From: Ilumatobacteraceae bacterium
GTDB lineage: Bacteria; Actinomycetota; Acidimicrobiia; Acidimicrobiales; Ilumatobacteraceae
Assembly (NCBI GenBank): GCA_041747915.1
Contig: JBGTEH010000028.1
Location: 1-36,752 of the forward strand
Direction of reading: 5' to 3'
DNA length: 36,752 nt
Made by a program: the position numbers and the translations under genes. Shown in pieces: positions 1 through 6,997 of this stretch (within the stretch, counting starts at the first letter, position 1; every line of letters begins with the position of its first letter). The notes under the pieces were generated by a model, which did not search any database, was not told the origin of the DNA, and saw only the letters and a list, made by a program, of their open reading frames with translations.

Positions 1-597
1 TCGCACTTCAACGAGGTGTTCTTCTCCGATGCCCGCATCCCGAAGGATTGGCTCGTCGGTGACCTGAACAACGGCTGGAACCTCGCCACAGCGATGCTCA
101 TGTACGAGCGAGTCGCGATTGGCGGCGCCGGCGCGGGAAAGATCAACCAGCCGAACTTCAGAATGCTGCGTAAGGCCGCCGAGTCGACCGGGAGGATCGG
201 CGATCCCGTGGTGCGCGATCAGTTGATGCAGATCTGGTCGATGGAGACCTGCAAGTCGCTCGTCGCGATGAAGACGCGTGATGAACTCAAGGCCGGCAGG
301 ACGCCGGGCCCCGGCGGTTCGCTGGGCAAGCTGTTCGGCTCGAACATCGCCTGGAAGGTCCGCACGATGGCGCTCGAGTTCGCCGGCCCCGGATCGATCG
401 CGTGGGACCCGGACGACGAAGCCGGTGCCGAACTCCAGCGGATCGTGCTCAACAGCTTCCAATCGAGCATCGCTGGCGGCACCGACGAGATCCAGCGCAA
501 CATCATCGGCGACCGTGTGCTCGGCCTGCCCCGCGAACCGTCGGTCGATCGCGGCGTGCCGTTCCGCGAACTCAAGGTCGGTACGCAGACCACCTGA
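1..597 (+). CDS. acyl-CoA dehydrogenase, C-terminal part (5' end outside window)
   Basis: The frame is open from nt 1 (SHFNEVFFSDARIP...). The C-terminal ACAD-type helical domain ends in 'GGTDEIQRNIIGDRVLGLPRE', and the stop TGA is at 595-597. Confidence 0.8.
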   Translation, partial: SHFNEVFFSDARIPKDWLVGDLNNGWNLATAMLMYERVAIGGAGAGKINQPNFRMLRKAAESTGRIGDPVVRDQLMQIWSMETCKSLVAMKTRDELKAGRTPGPGGSLGKLFGSNIAWKVRTMALEFAGPGSIAWDPDDEAGAELQRIVLNSFQSSIAGGTDEIQRNIIGDRVLGLPREPSVDRGVPFRELKVGTQTT

Positions 598-1287
598 TCA
601 CGTTGCAGCCAGTGCCGAACGGGTGAGGGCGAGGAGGTCGGTCAGCGTCCGGCCCGGCTTGCCCAACACCGTCGGCGTTCCTGATCGGCGCAACCGATCG
701 GCGGTCTCGACGGCGAGCTCCATCGTCTCGGGGTTGGTCGACGAGAGCACGGCGACATCGATCTCGTGCTCGTCACAGAAGCGGAGGATTTCGTCCGCCG
801 GCATGTTTGCACCGAGGTGCTCGACGGCCCCGTTGTCGGCCCGCAGCACGACCGATGCCATCGAGGTCGGTAACGAGTGAAAGTCGCCGGCGACGGCTGC
901 CACCATCACCGTGCCCCGCCTGCGGCCCCGCGGGTTCGGTGCCAACTCCCCGAACAGCCGCTCGACGATCGTGGTGCCTTCGTCGACGAGGCCGAGCGAG
1001 ATCTGACGCACCAGCGCCTCGTCGCCGCTGACCAGCGCATCGTGAACTCGATCGGATGCACGCTCGATGCGTTTGGGTGTCGGCGACGTCGGAATGCGCG
1101 GCGTCGATCGTCGCGTGGCGAACTCGACGATGTCGCTGCGATCGATCACGTAGCGGCCATCGATGAACTGTGCAGGCAGCCTGCCGGTGCGCACCCATCG
1201 ATACGCAGTCTGGTAGTGGACCCCGAGCTCCGTCGCGGCCTCCCGCAGATCGACGTGCCGCAGATCGGCGTCCTGGTCTTCGCGCAC
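598..1287 (-). CDS. transcriptional regulator with an excisionase/MerR-superfamily HTH and a cobalamin(B12)-binding-like domain (CarH/LitR-like architecture)
   Basis: 229 aa with a GTG start. The N-terminus 'LREAATELGVHYQTAYRWVRTGRLPAQFIDGRYVIDRSDIVEF' is an excisionase-type HTH. The C-terminus 'VMVAAVAGDFHSLPTSMASVVLRADNGAVEHLGANMPADEILRFCDEHEIDVAVLSS...TVLGKPG' resembles the Rossmann-like B12-binding domain. It has a DxH loop (here DFHSLP instead of DxHxxG), an LGAN.P segment and an LSS segment. Confidence 0.6.
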   Translation of the reverse strand: MREDQDADLRHVDLREAATELGVHYQTAYRWVRTGRLPAQFIDGRYVIDRSDIVEFATRRSTPRIPTSPTPKRIERASDRVHDALVSGDEALVRQISLGLVDEGTTIVERLFGELAPNPRGRRRGTVMVAAVAGDFHSLPTSMASVVLRADNGAVEHLGANMPADEILRFCDEHEIDVAVLSSTNPETMELAVETADRLRRSGTPTVLGKPGRTLTDLLALTRSALAAT

Positions 1288-1319
1288 CGCCGCACCCTAC
1301 CGATTCAGATTTATTGTGG

Positions 1320-1359
1320 CTAAATGCTGCTAATTAGAACTAAATCCCGCTAACTTCGT
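1320..1359. promoter_or_regulatory. four tandem, exactly 10-bp-phased direct repeats (CTAAATGCTG / CTAATTAGAA / CTAAATCCCG / CTAACTTCGT) in the divergent rhodopsin/regulator promoter region
   Basis: Read directly from the sequence: CTAA starts at 1320, 1330, 1340 and 1350. This is the most AT-rich stretch of the region. It lies 33-72 bp from the regulator start (1287) and 43-82 bp from the rhodopsin ATG (1402). Confidence 0.6.
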
Positions 1360-1401
1360 CTCAGCGGTTGCAACGGTGCAACCCCAACCGAAGGAGCCCC
1401 G

Positions 1402-2220
1402 ATGGATCTCGTTCTGAGCGAAAACCAGTTCAACCTGGTGTACAACTCATTTTCGTTCGTCATTGCGTGCATGGGTGCGTCATTCCTCTTCTTCCTGCTC
1501 GTCAGGTCGAAGGTCGCACCCCGCCACCGCATGGCAGTCACGCTGTCCACGCTTGTCGTGGCAATTGCGCTGTATCACTACGCACGGATCTTCGATTCGT
1601 TCTCCAGCGCCTTCGATTTCGTCGACGGCGACTACATCCAGACGGGCGCACCCTTCAACGAGGGCTACCGCTACGTGGACTGGCTCCTGACGGTTCCGTT
1701 GCTGCTGGCGGAGCTGGTGGTGGTGCTCAAACTCAACAAGAGCACCACCCGCAGCCTGCTGGTTCGACTGACCACCGCTGCAATCGCCATGATCCTGCTC
1801 GGATGGCCTGGCGAGCTGGCTGAGCCTGGCTCCGACGCAAGGATGCTGTGGGGTATCGCCTCCACGATTCCGTTCCTCTACATCCTCTACGTGCTGTTCG
1901 TCGAGCTCGGCAAGTCGCTGGATCGTCAGAGCCCGCAGGTGCGCAAGCTCGTCGACGGGCTGCGGTACATCATCCTGGCGACCTGGGGTATCTACCCACT
2001 GGCGTACATCGCTCCGAGCGTGATCGACAACGAGGCGACCGCAGAGGTCGTGCGGCAGGTCGGCTACTCGATCGGCGACGTGCTGGCCAAGCCACTGTTC
2101 GGCCTGCTCGTGCTGTCGATCGCTCTCTCCAAGTCACGGGCCGACGGCTACGGACCCGCCATGGACGAGGACCCTGCGCTGCTCGTCCCCGACGACGCCA
2201 GCGCCCTCGCCAACACCTGA
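1402..2220 (+). CDS. microbial type-1 rhodopsin, proton-pump type (proteorhodopsin/xanthorhodopsin/actinorhodopsin-like clade)
   Basis: 272 aa with about 7 hydrophobic helices. Helix C 'RYVDWLLTVPLLLAE' gives D93/T97/E104 (DTE motif), with L101 at the spectral-tuning position. H59 sits in 'LYHYARI'. Helix G 'GDVLAKPLFG' gives D226 and the Schiff-base Lys K230 (codon 2089-2091). An AAGGAG RBS lies at 1391-1396. Confidence 0.9.
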   Translation: MDLVLSENQFNLVYNSFSFVIACMGASFLFFLLVRSKVAPRHRMAVTLSTLVVAIALYHYARIFDSFSSAFDFVDGDYIQTGAPFNEGYRYVDWLLTVPLLLAELVVVLKLNKSTTRSLLVRLTTAAIAMILLGWPGELAEPGSDARMLWGIASTIPFLYILYVLFVELGKSLDRQSPQVRKLVDGLRYIILATWGIYPLAYIAPSVIDNEATAEVVRQVGYSIGDVLAKPLFGLLVLSIALSKSRADGYGPAMDEDPALLVPDDASALANT

Positions 2221-2226
2221 TGCAAC

Positions 2227-2265
2227 CCCTCGGCCCGGCGCCCCTCCCCGGCGCCGGGCCGAGGG
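2227..2265 (+). terminator. GC-rich hairpin directly after the rhodopsin stop (probable intrinsic terminator)
   Basis: A perfect 16-bp stem pairs CCCTCGGCCCGGCGCC (2227-2242) with GGCGCCGGGCCGAGGG (2250-2265), with a 7-nt loop. It starts 7 nt after the TGA at 2218-2220. There is no clear U-tract, which is common in high-GC actinobacteria. Confidence 0.65.
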
Positions 2266-2346
2266 TCGGAAAGCACACCCGATGACCACGCACACTTCGG
2301 TGATCTCCTCGGATGTACCCGACGAACTACTGTTGAAGGAGGCGCC

Positions 2347-2667
2347 ATGAGCGCAATCGAGATCGATCCGATCGTCCCCCGAGGGATCGACTGGCAGGAA
2401 TACGCTGCGTGCAAGGGACACCTCGAACTCTTTTTCGGCAAAGTGGCGGAACGGCCTCAGGCGCGACTGCGACGCGAGGCCAAGGCACGAAAGTTCTGCG
2501 ACACCTGCGTCGTTCGCCAGCCATGTCGGCAGTTCGCCCGAGAGAACCACGACTACGGATTCTGGGGCGGCGAGAACGAGGAAGAACGTCATCTGGCGGG
2601 CTACGGGCTCTCCGCCCCGATCGGCGTCCGGGTCCGACTCGCACGCGAGGCCACCCCGGCCACCTGA
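2347..2667 (+). CDS. WhiB-family (Wbl) Fe-S transcriptional regulator
   Basis: 106 aa with four Cys in the Wbl pattern (AAC...FCDTCVVRQPC) followed by 'GFWGG'. A GAAGGAGG RBS lies just upstream of the ATG. Confidence 0.88.
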   Translation: MSAIEIDPIVPRGIDWQEYAACKGHLELFFGKVAERPQARLRREAKARKFCDTCVVRQPCRQFARENHDYGFWGGENEEERHLAGYGLSAPIGVRVRLAREATPAT

Positions 2668-2678
2668 CCGTTATGGCA

Positions 2679-2751
2679 GGGGTCAGACCCCCGGCGCAAC
2701 AACCGAAGTGGACCATCGGCACGACCAGTGTGACGCCGGGGGTCTGACCCC
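2679..2751. repeat. pair of 13-bp palindromes GGGGTC(A/T)GACCCC, 60 bp apart, embedded in an 18-bp perfect inverted repeat
   Basis: GGGGTCAGACCCCCGGCG (2679-2696) is the exact reverse complement of CGCCGGGGGTCTGACCCC (2734-2751). Each arm contains its own palindrome, centred at 2685 and 2745. The pair lies between the whiB stop (2667) and the dioxygenase ATG (2780). Confidence 0.85.
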
Positions 2752-2779
2752 TGGCGCGACACCTGGCAGGATTGGTCGA

Positions 2780-3667
2780 ATGGGGACAGATCATCGGTTG
2801 ACGACGCGCCAGATGGCCGAGTTCGTGGCCAACGGGTTCATCCGGTTCGACGCCATCGTTCCGGCCGACGTCAACGAGCGGGCGATCGACGAGATGCGCC
2901 ACCTCGAGGCGCAACGTCTCGCTCCCGATGGGATGAAGCCGCCGCACACCGGCACACCGCTCGACGAGTGTTACCCCGCGCCATCGGTGATCGGTGAGTA
3001 CCTCCGGCTCCCGCAGATCCGCGGGATCATCGAGTCGCTGGTCGGGCCGAACCCCAATTTCGACCACGACTGGACGCACCACATCCAGCCGCACGCCACC
3101 TACCTACAGCCGCTGCACGTCGATGCGATCACCGACTCGACCGACCCGACCTTCGACGTGCAACTCTTCTGGTATCCCCACGATGTCGCGCCCGGCGAAG
3201 GCGGCACCCGCTTCGTCCCCGGGAGCCACCTCCGTCGTGTCCGCTCATCGGGGCTCGATCGATACCAACACATCAGCGGCGAGCAACAGTTCTCCGGGCC
3301 GGCAGGCACCGTGGTGGTGTTCCATCACGGCCTCTGGCACGCCGGCCAACCGAACCCTGGCGACGGTCATCGTTGGATGCACAAGGTCAGGCTCAACCCC
3401 GTCGTTCCCCAGGTCCGACTCTGGAACACCGACGATCTCCCCGAACTGCAGAACCCACCATCGGATCACATCTTCGCCCGCATCCTGCCCGACAGTGTCG
3501 CCCAGATCTTCCGGACCTGGCACCCCTGGACGAGCGTCACCGACTACCGCAACGAGCAAGTCCAGCGCGCACTTCTGTGGCGCTATCTCACCGGCGACGA
3601 CTCCTACGACGTCGACCACTACCTCACTCGCCTCGAGGGCCGCAGCGCGCTCGTGACCAACCGGTGA
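2780..3667 (+). CDS. phytanoyl-CoA dioxygenase (PhyH) family Fe(II)/2-oxoglutarate-dependent oxygenase
   Basis: The facial triad is 'LHVDAITD' (HxD) plus 'GLWHAGQPN'. I prefer the ATG at 2780 (MGTDHRLTTRQMAEF...) over the GTG at 2708 given in the track, because 2708 lies inside the palindrome element. Confidence 0.75.
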   Translation: MGTDHRLTTRQMAEFVANGFIRFDAIVPADVNERAIDEMRHLEAQRLAPDGMKPPHTGTPLDECYPAPSVIGEYLRLPQIRGIIESLVGPNPNFDHDWTHHIQPHATYLQPLHVDAITDSTDPTFDVQLFWYPHDVAPGEGGTRFVPGSHLRRVRSSGLDRYQHISGEQQFSGPAGTVVVFHHGLWHAGQPNPGDGHRWMHKVRLNPVVPQVRLWNTDDLPELQNPPSDHIFARILPDSVAQIFRTWHPWTSVTDYRNEQVQRALLWRYLTGDDSYDVDHYLTRLEGRSALVTNR

Positions 3668-3957
3668 GCACGACGAACCTGATGAGCGAAGCGCAACGCC
3701 AGCAGATCCTCTATCTCTGGGCGAGCGGATCGGCCCTCGATTCGCCGGTCGTCGGTTGGGCCTTCCATGACGGAACGAGCGGATCGGGACCCCCGCTCGC
3801 AGATGGCACGCCGCCCTACGCAAGCGGCGTCGCGGCGCTTCACGACGGTTGGATGCTGCTGCAGTCGTCGCAGCTGATTGCACCGTTACCCGACGCCGAG
3901 CACCGCAACGACTATCTCGAGTACGAGTTCGTCTTCGAACGCCGCGTCACGATGTGA
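3664..3957 (+). CDS. small hypothetical protein (about 92-97 aa)
   Basis: The frame is coding-like (GC3-rich). GTG at 3664 overlaps the PhyH stop (GTGA), and an alternative ATG lies at 3682 (MSEAQRQQILYLW...). I recognised no family. Confidence 0.4.
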   Translation: MSTTNLMSEAQRQQILYLWASGSALDSPVVGWAFHDGTSGSGPPLADGTPPYASGVAALHDGWMLLQSSQLIAPLPDAEHRNDYLEYEFVFERRVTM

Positions 3958-4492
3958 CGGGACCCGCCGAGCGCAGTCGGTCGACTTCCTCCATCGCCGT
4001 ACGCAGGCCGCTCAACCAGTCGTCGGTGTGTTGACCGACGAGACGGACGCACCACGCCAGTGCATCGGCGCGCGAGCGGGCCACATTGGCGGCAACGAGC
4101 GTGTCGAGCACGAGTCGCTCGGGCTGTCGAAGCCGGGTCATGACGGGGACTGCGAGGTGGGTGAAGAGTTCTGTGCGGTCGCCGACGGTGACGCCCCAGG
4201 CGACCTTTCGCTCGAAGCGGTGCTCGGCTTCGCGCGCCACATTCATCCGTTGGTCGCGAGTGTCCTCTCGGAAGCCCGAGATGCGCCCGATGACGGCCTC
4301 GGCGCGATCGGCATCGGTTGCGTCGGACGCGAGCTCGGGCACCGCAACAGTGAGGATGACCGTGATCTCCTCCCGATCGCTCGTGATCGTCGCCGGCGCG
4401 GTGGCCGTCCATTCGGCAGGGAGACGCCCAAGGAACCACGAGGTGATCGCGGACGGCTCGGCAGTGGACGTGGAAGTGGCTGTGGAGGTCAT
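3947..4492 (-). CDS. hypothetical protein (conserved-looking, family not recognised)
   Basis: 181-aa ORF with an ATG start and GC3-rich codons. It overlaps the preceding gene tail-to-tail by 11 nt. Confidence 0.6.
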   Translation of the reverse strand: MTSTATSTSTAEPSAITSWFLGRLPAEWTATAPATITSDREEITVILTVAVPELASDATDADRAEAVIGRISGFREDTRDQRMNVAREAEHRFERKVAWGVTVGDRTELFTHLAVPVMTRLRQPERLVLDTLVAANVARSRADALAWCVRLVGQHTDDWLSGLRTAMEEVDRLRSAGPVTS

Positions 4493-4572
4493 GCTGGAAG
4501 CCTAGATGATGATTACAGAATTACAACCTTACGTTTGTTGTGGTGACAAGCATCTGGCGGTAGAAAGTCGCG

Positions 4573-4980
4573 ATGAACGATTGGAACGCTCAGATCATCG
4601 CCGAGTTCCGTGCCACCGGAGGCAAGGCCGCCCAGTTCGGCGATGCTCCCCTGGTGATCCTGCACACCATCGGCGCCAAGTCCGGTGCGCTGCGCGAGAC
4701 GCCGCTCGTCGCTCTCGTGGAAGGCGACGACTTGTACGTCTTTGCCTCCAAAGGTGGCGCTCCCACCAGCCCCGACTGGTACCACAACCTCAAGGCGCAT
4801 CCGGAGATCACCGTCGAGTACGGCACCGAGACCTTCACGGCCACCCTCACCGAGCTCCCCGAAGCCGAGGGTCAGGCAAAGCTGAAGGCGCAGGGCGCAC
4901 TGATGCCGCAGTTCCTCGAGTACATCACCTCGGCGGCGCCCCGGATCATCCCGGCGTTCCACATCGCTCGCAACGGCTGA
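4573..4980 (+). CDS. deazaflavin (F420)-dependent nitroreductase family protein (DUF385/Ddn-like)
   Basis: 135 aa. 'IIAEFRATGGK...GAPLVILHTIGAKSG..RETPLV...DDLYVFASKGGAPTSPDWYHNLKAHPEITVE' is the typical family signature. Confidence 0.8.
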   Translation: MNDWNAQIIAEFRATGGKAAQFGDAPLVILHTIGAKSGALRETPLVALVEGDDLYVFASKGGAPTSPDWYHNLKAHPEITVEYGTETFTATLTELPEAEGQAKLKAQGALMPQFLEYITSAAPRIIPAFHIARNG

Positions 4981-4994
4981 GACCGGGGGCGTCG

Positions 4995-5255
4995 TCAGCC
5001 AGTCGACGACACCCTGAACCGGGCCGTGTACTCCCACGACCAGCCGCGGATCTCATCGAGGTCGAACCCATGGGGTTCGACGAGTGACCGGAGATCGGCG
5101 CGCCGGATGAAGTCACCGTCGCGACGGCTCTCCGCAAACACGGCCACACCATCGGGCCGCAGCACACGTCTGCACTCGGCAAGACACAACTCGCGGTCGG
5201 GCACCTCGCCGAGCATCAACACGACAAGAACGGCATCGAACGTCGCCGAACTCCG
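4995..5255 (-). pseudogene. remnant of a class I SAM-dependent methyltransferase (C-terminal half only)
   Basis: The open frame translates as 'SSATFDAVLVVLMLGEVPDRELCLAECRRVLRPDGVAVFAE...', which corresponds to post-motif-I/II/III regions. An in-frame stop lies at 5256-5258. Only about 35 nt separate that stop from the next gene, so there is no room for the GxGxG SAM-binding N-terminus. Confidence 0.55.
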
Positions 5256-5290
5256 TCATCGCTCCAATCCTCGCGCGCCTCGTGGATCGG

Positions 5291-5905
5291 TCAGCCGATG
5301 GCGCGTTCTCCGCGTTGGGCGCTGTCGACGATCGATGCAATCCGGCTCTGCTTGGTTTCGTCGCGTGCGGCGCTGACGATCGACCACAGCATCGCCTTGC
5401 GAGCGCTCGGAGGAAATCCATCCCAGGCATCGCGCGCCGCCGGGTTCGCGTCGAGAGCTGTGCGCAGACCGTCGGGCTCGACGAGATCCTCGACGCTGTC
5501 GTAGATCGTCCACCAGCCGTTCGCTTGCGCGACCGCCACCGCTCGACGGCCGGCGTCGGTCATGAGCCCGGCCGCCTCCATGTCGGCCACGCGTCGGCGG
5601 TTGAGCCGCGTCCAGCTGCTCTTGGGCTTGCGTGGCGTGAGGAGTTGCAGCCCTCGCTCGTCGTCGAGGATCGAGGTGGTGGAATCGATCCATCCGTAGC
5701 AGAGCGCCTCCTCGACGACCTCCGGATACGGACATCTCGGCCGACCGGTGACGGAGCGCCACGAACACAGCCAGACTCCGGGCGAGGAACCGTGATGCTG
5801 TTCGAGCCAGGCGCGTACTGCACGTCGACTTTCGGCGTGATGGATCGCGAAGCCGAACTTCCAAGTTGTGGGGTGCGCCGACGCCGACGCGGGCACGTTT
5901 GGCAT
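5291..5905 (-). CDS. YdeI/OmpD-associated family protein
   Basis: 204 aa. 'FRAWLEQHH...GVWL...EEALCYGWIDS...RKPKSSWTRLNRRRV..MEAAGLMTDAG' resembles the YdeI (DUF1801-associated) family. Confidence 0.7.
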   Translation of the reverse strand: MPNVPASASAHPTTWKFGFAIHHAESRRAVRAWLEQHHGSSPGVWLCSWRSVTGRPRCPYPEVVEEALCYGWIDSTTSILDDERGLQLLTPRKPKSSWTRLNRRRVADMEAAGLMTDAGRRAVAVAQANGWWTIYDSVEDLVEPDGLRTALDANPAARDAWDGFPPSARKAMLWSIVSAARDETKQSRIASIVDSAQRGERAIG

Positions 5906-5948
5906 CGACGCCAGCGTGGCACAGCGGACGACGTCGTGGCGTCAGAAC

Positions 5949-6077
5949 TCAGTGGGCGAAGAACTCGTCGCTGCGCTCGCTCCCGAAGAGGATCCACAGG
6001 ACAATCAATCCGAACACAGCGCTGAACGCCGAGAAGAGCTCGCCAACTTGTTCCTCCGGCCGTTGAATGCAGGACAT
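5949..6077 (-). CDS. possible 42-aa single-pass membrane peptide
   Basis: ATG-started ORF MSCIQRPEEQVGELFSAFSAVFGLIVLWILFGSERSDEFFAH with one hydrophobic helix and about 80% GC3. There is no clear RBS. Confidence 0.25.
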   Translation of the reverse strand: MSCIQRPEEQVGELFSAFSAVFGLIVLWILFGSERSDEFFAH

Positions 6078-6135
6078 GACGATCGACGTCGTGTGCGCTG
6101 GGGAACCCCCAGGGCTCCCGAGCGCACGCGACGTG

Positions 6136-6552
6136 CTACTCGCCGACTGCGACGACGGCGCTGCCGGTGACCACGTGTTCGCTGCCGCGGTCGAGCCAGA
6201 CCTCGCACGTCGCTCGTCGTTCGCCGTCGATGACGTCGAGTGCGAGAACTCGGCCGCCCGCTGTGACGCTGTCGCCATCGAGCACAGGTCGGCCGAACGA
6301 CACGGTCAGGCGCCGCACGCACGATGGGCCGGCCCAGGCGAGCAGCATGTTGACGATGTAGCCGAGGTTGAGCGGCCCTTGATTGATCACGCGGCCCGGC
6401 AGGCCCAGCGCAGCGTTGCCGTCGGCGTCCCAGTGGACCGTGTAGGGATCACGCAGGATCGCCGCCATCGTTCGCATGCGCGCCGGGTCGACGAACGGCA
6501 TCGTCCATGGCGGAATCTCGTCGCCGGGTTCCACGCTGATGAGGTCGCTCAT
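6136..6552 (-). CDS. MaoC-like (R)-specific enoyl-CoA hydratase/dehydratase, hotdog fold
   Basis: 138 aa starting at MSDLISVEPGDE. 'ILRDPYTVHWDADGNAALGLPGRVINQGPLNLGYI' is a MaoC hydratase motif. Its ATG overlaps the upstream stop (ATGA at 6549-6552). Confidence 0.8.
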   Translation of the reverse strand: MSDLISVEPGDEIPPWTMPFVDPARMRTMAAILRDPYTVHWDADGNAALGLPGRVINQGPLNLGYIVNMLLAWAGPSCVRRLTVSFGRPVLDGDSVTAGGRVLALDVIDGERRATCEVWLDRGSEHVVTGSAVVAVGE

Positions 6553-6980
6553 CGCCGCAGCACCCAGCGGTTGGTGATTCGGGCGGTCATCCGATCGTCG
6601 TCGAACAACGTGATCTCGAAGGCCATCTTGTCGACGACGCGGCCGGACTCGTCGGTGACACGTTCCACGGAAACGATGCCGCCCTCCATCCTGTATTCGA
6701 CGTCCTCGGTCAGCGGACCGAAGTACTCCCAGTCGTAGCCCTCCAAGCCCACCGACCCCGCGCCTGCCACGCCGCCGAGTGAGAACAACTCGGTGATCGA
6801 GGTGCCGACGCCGAGAATCGGAACGTGGAACAGAACGATTGGGTGCACCAGTGCGTCCGGTAGGGGGTCGCGGCCGGTGCACTCGGAGAGCAACCAGTTC
6901 TCCCAGTGCTCGATCCGGTACCGACCGCCGGCGAATCGGTGCCCGACGAGTCCGTGAAGCTGCTGCTCGGTCAGGCCCAT
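6549..6980 (-). CDS. MaoC_dehydrat_N / FAS1-like hotdog-fold partner subunit
   Basis: 143 aa starting at MGLTEQQLHGLVGHRF. It is translationally coupled to the MaoC gene, which is the typical two-subunit hydratase arrangement. The track's longer N-terminal extension is Arg/Pro-rich and not credible. Confidence 0.7.
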   Translation of the reverse strand: MGLTEQQLHGLVGHRFAGGRYRIEHWENWLLSECTGRDPLPDALVHPIVLFHVPILGVGTSITELFSLGGVAGAGSVGLEGYDWEYFGPLTEDVEYRMEGGIVSVERVTDESGRVVDKMAFEITLFDDDRMTARITNRWVLRR

Positions 6981-6997
6981 CGCGTGGTGAGTTGCGC

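Noticed and set aside
2780-3667. Idea that the dioxygenase next to the rhodopsin supplies retinal (a Blh/carotenoid-cleavage role).
   Set aside because: The protein is a soluble PhyH-type Fe(II)/2-oxoglutarate oxygenase with an HxD...H triad. Blh-type beta-carotene dioxygenases are multi-pass membrane proteins with a different His pattern. No crt genes are nearby, so there is no basis for the link.
4986-5013. Imperfect 10-bp hairpin (GGGCGTCGTC...GACGACACCC) between the nitroreductase gene and the methyltransferase remnant, and a 15-bp palindrome CCGCGGTCACCGCGG at the VOC stop codon (24981-24995).
   Set aside because: Both are short. One has a mismatch and both overlap coding ends. Such GC palindromes are expected by chance at this base composition, so they are not reported as features.
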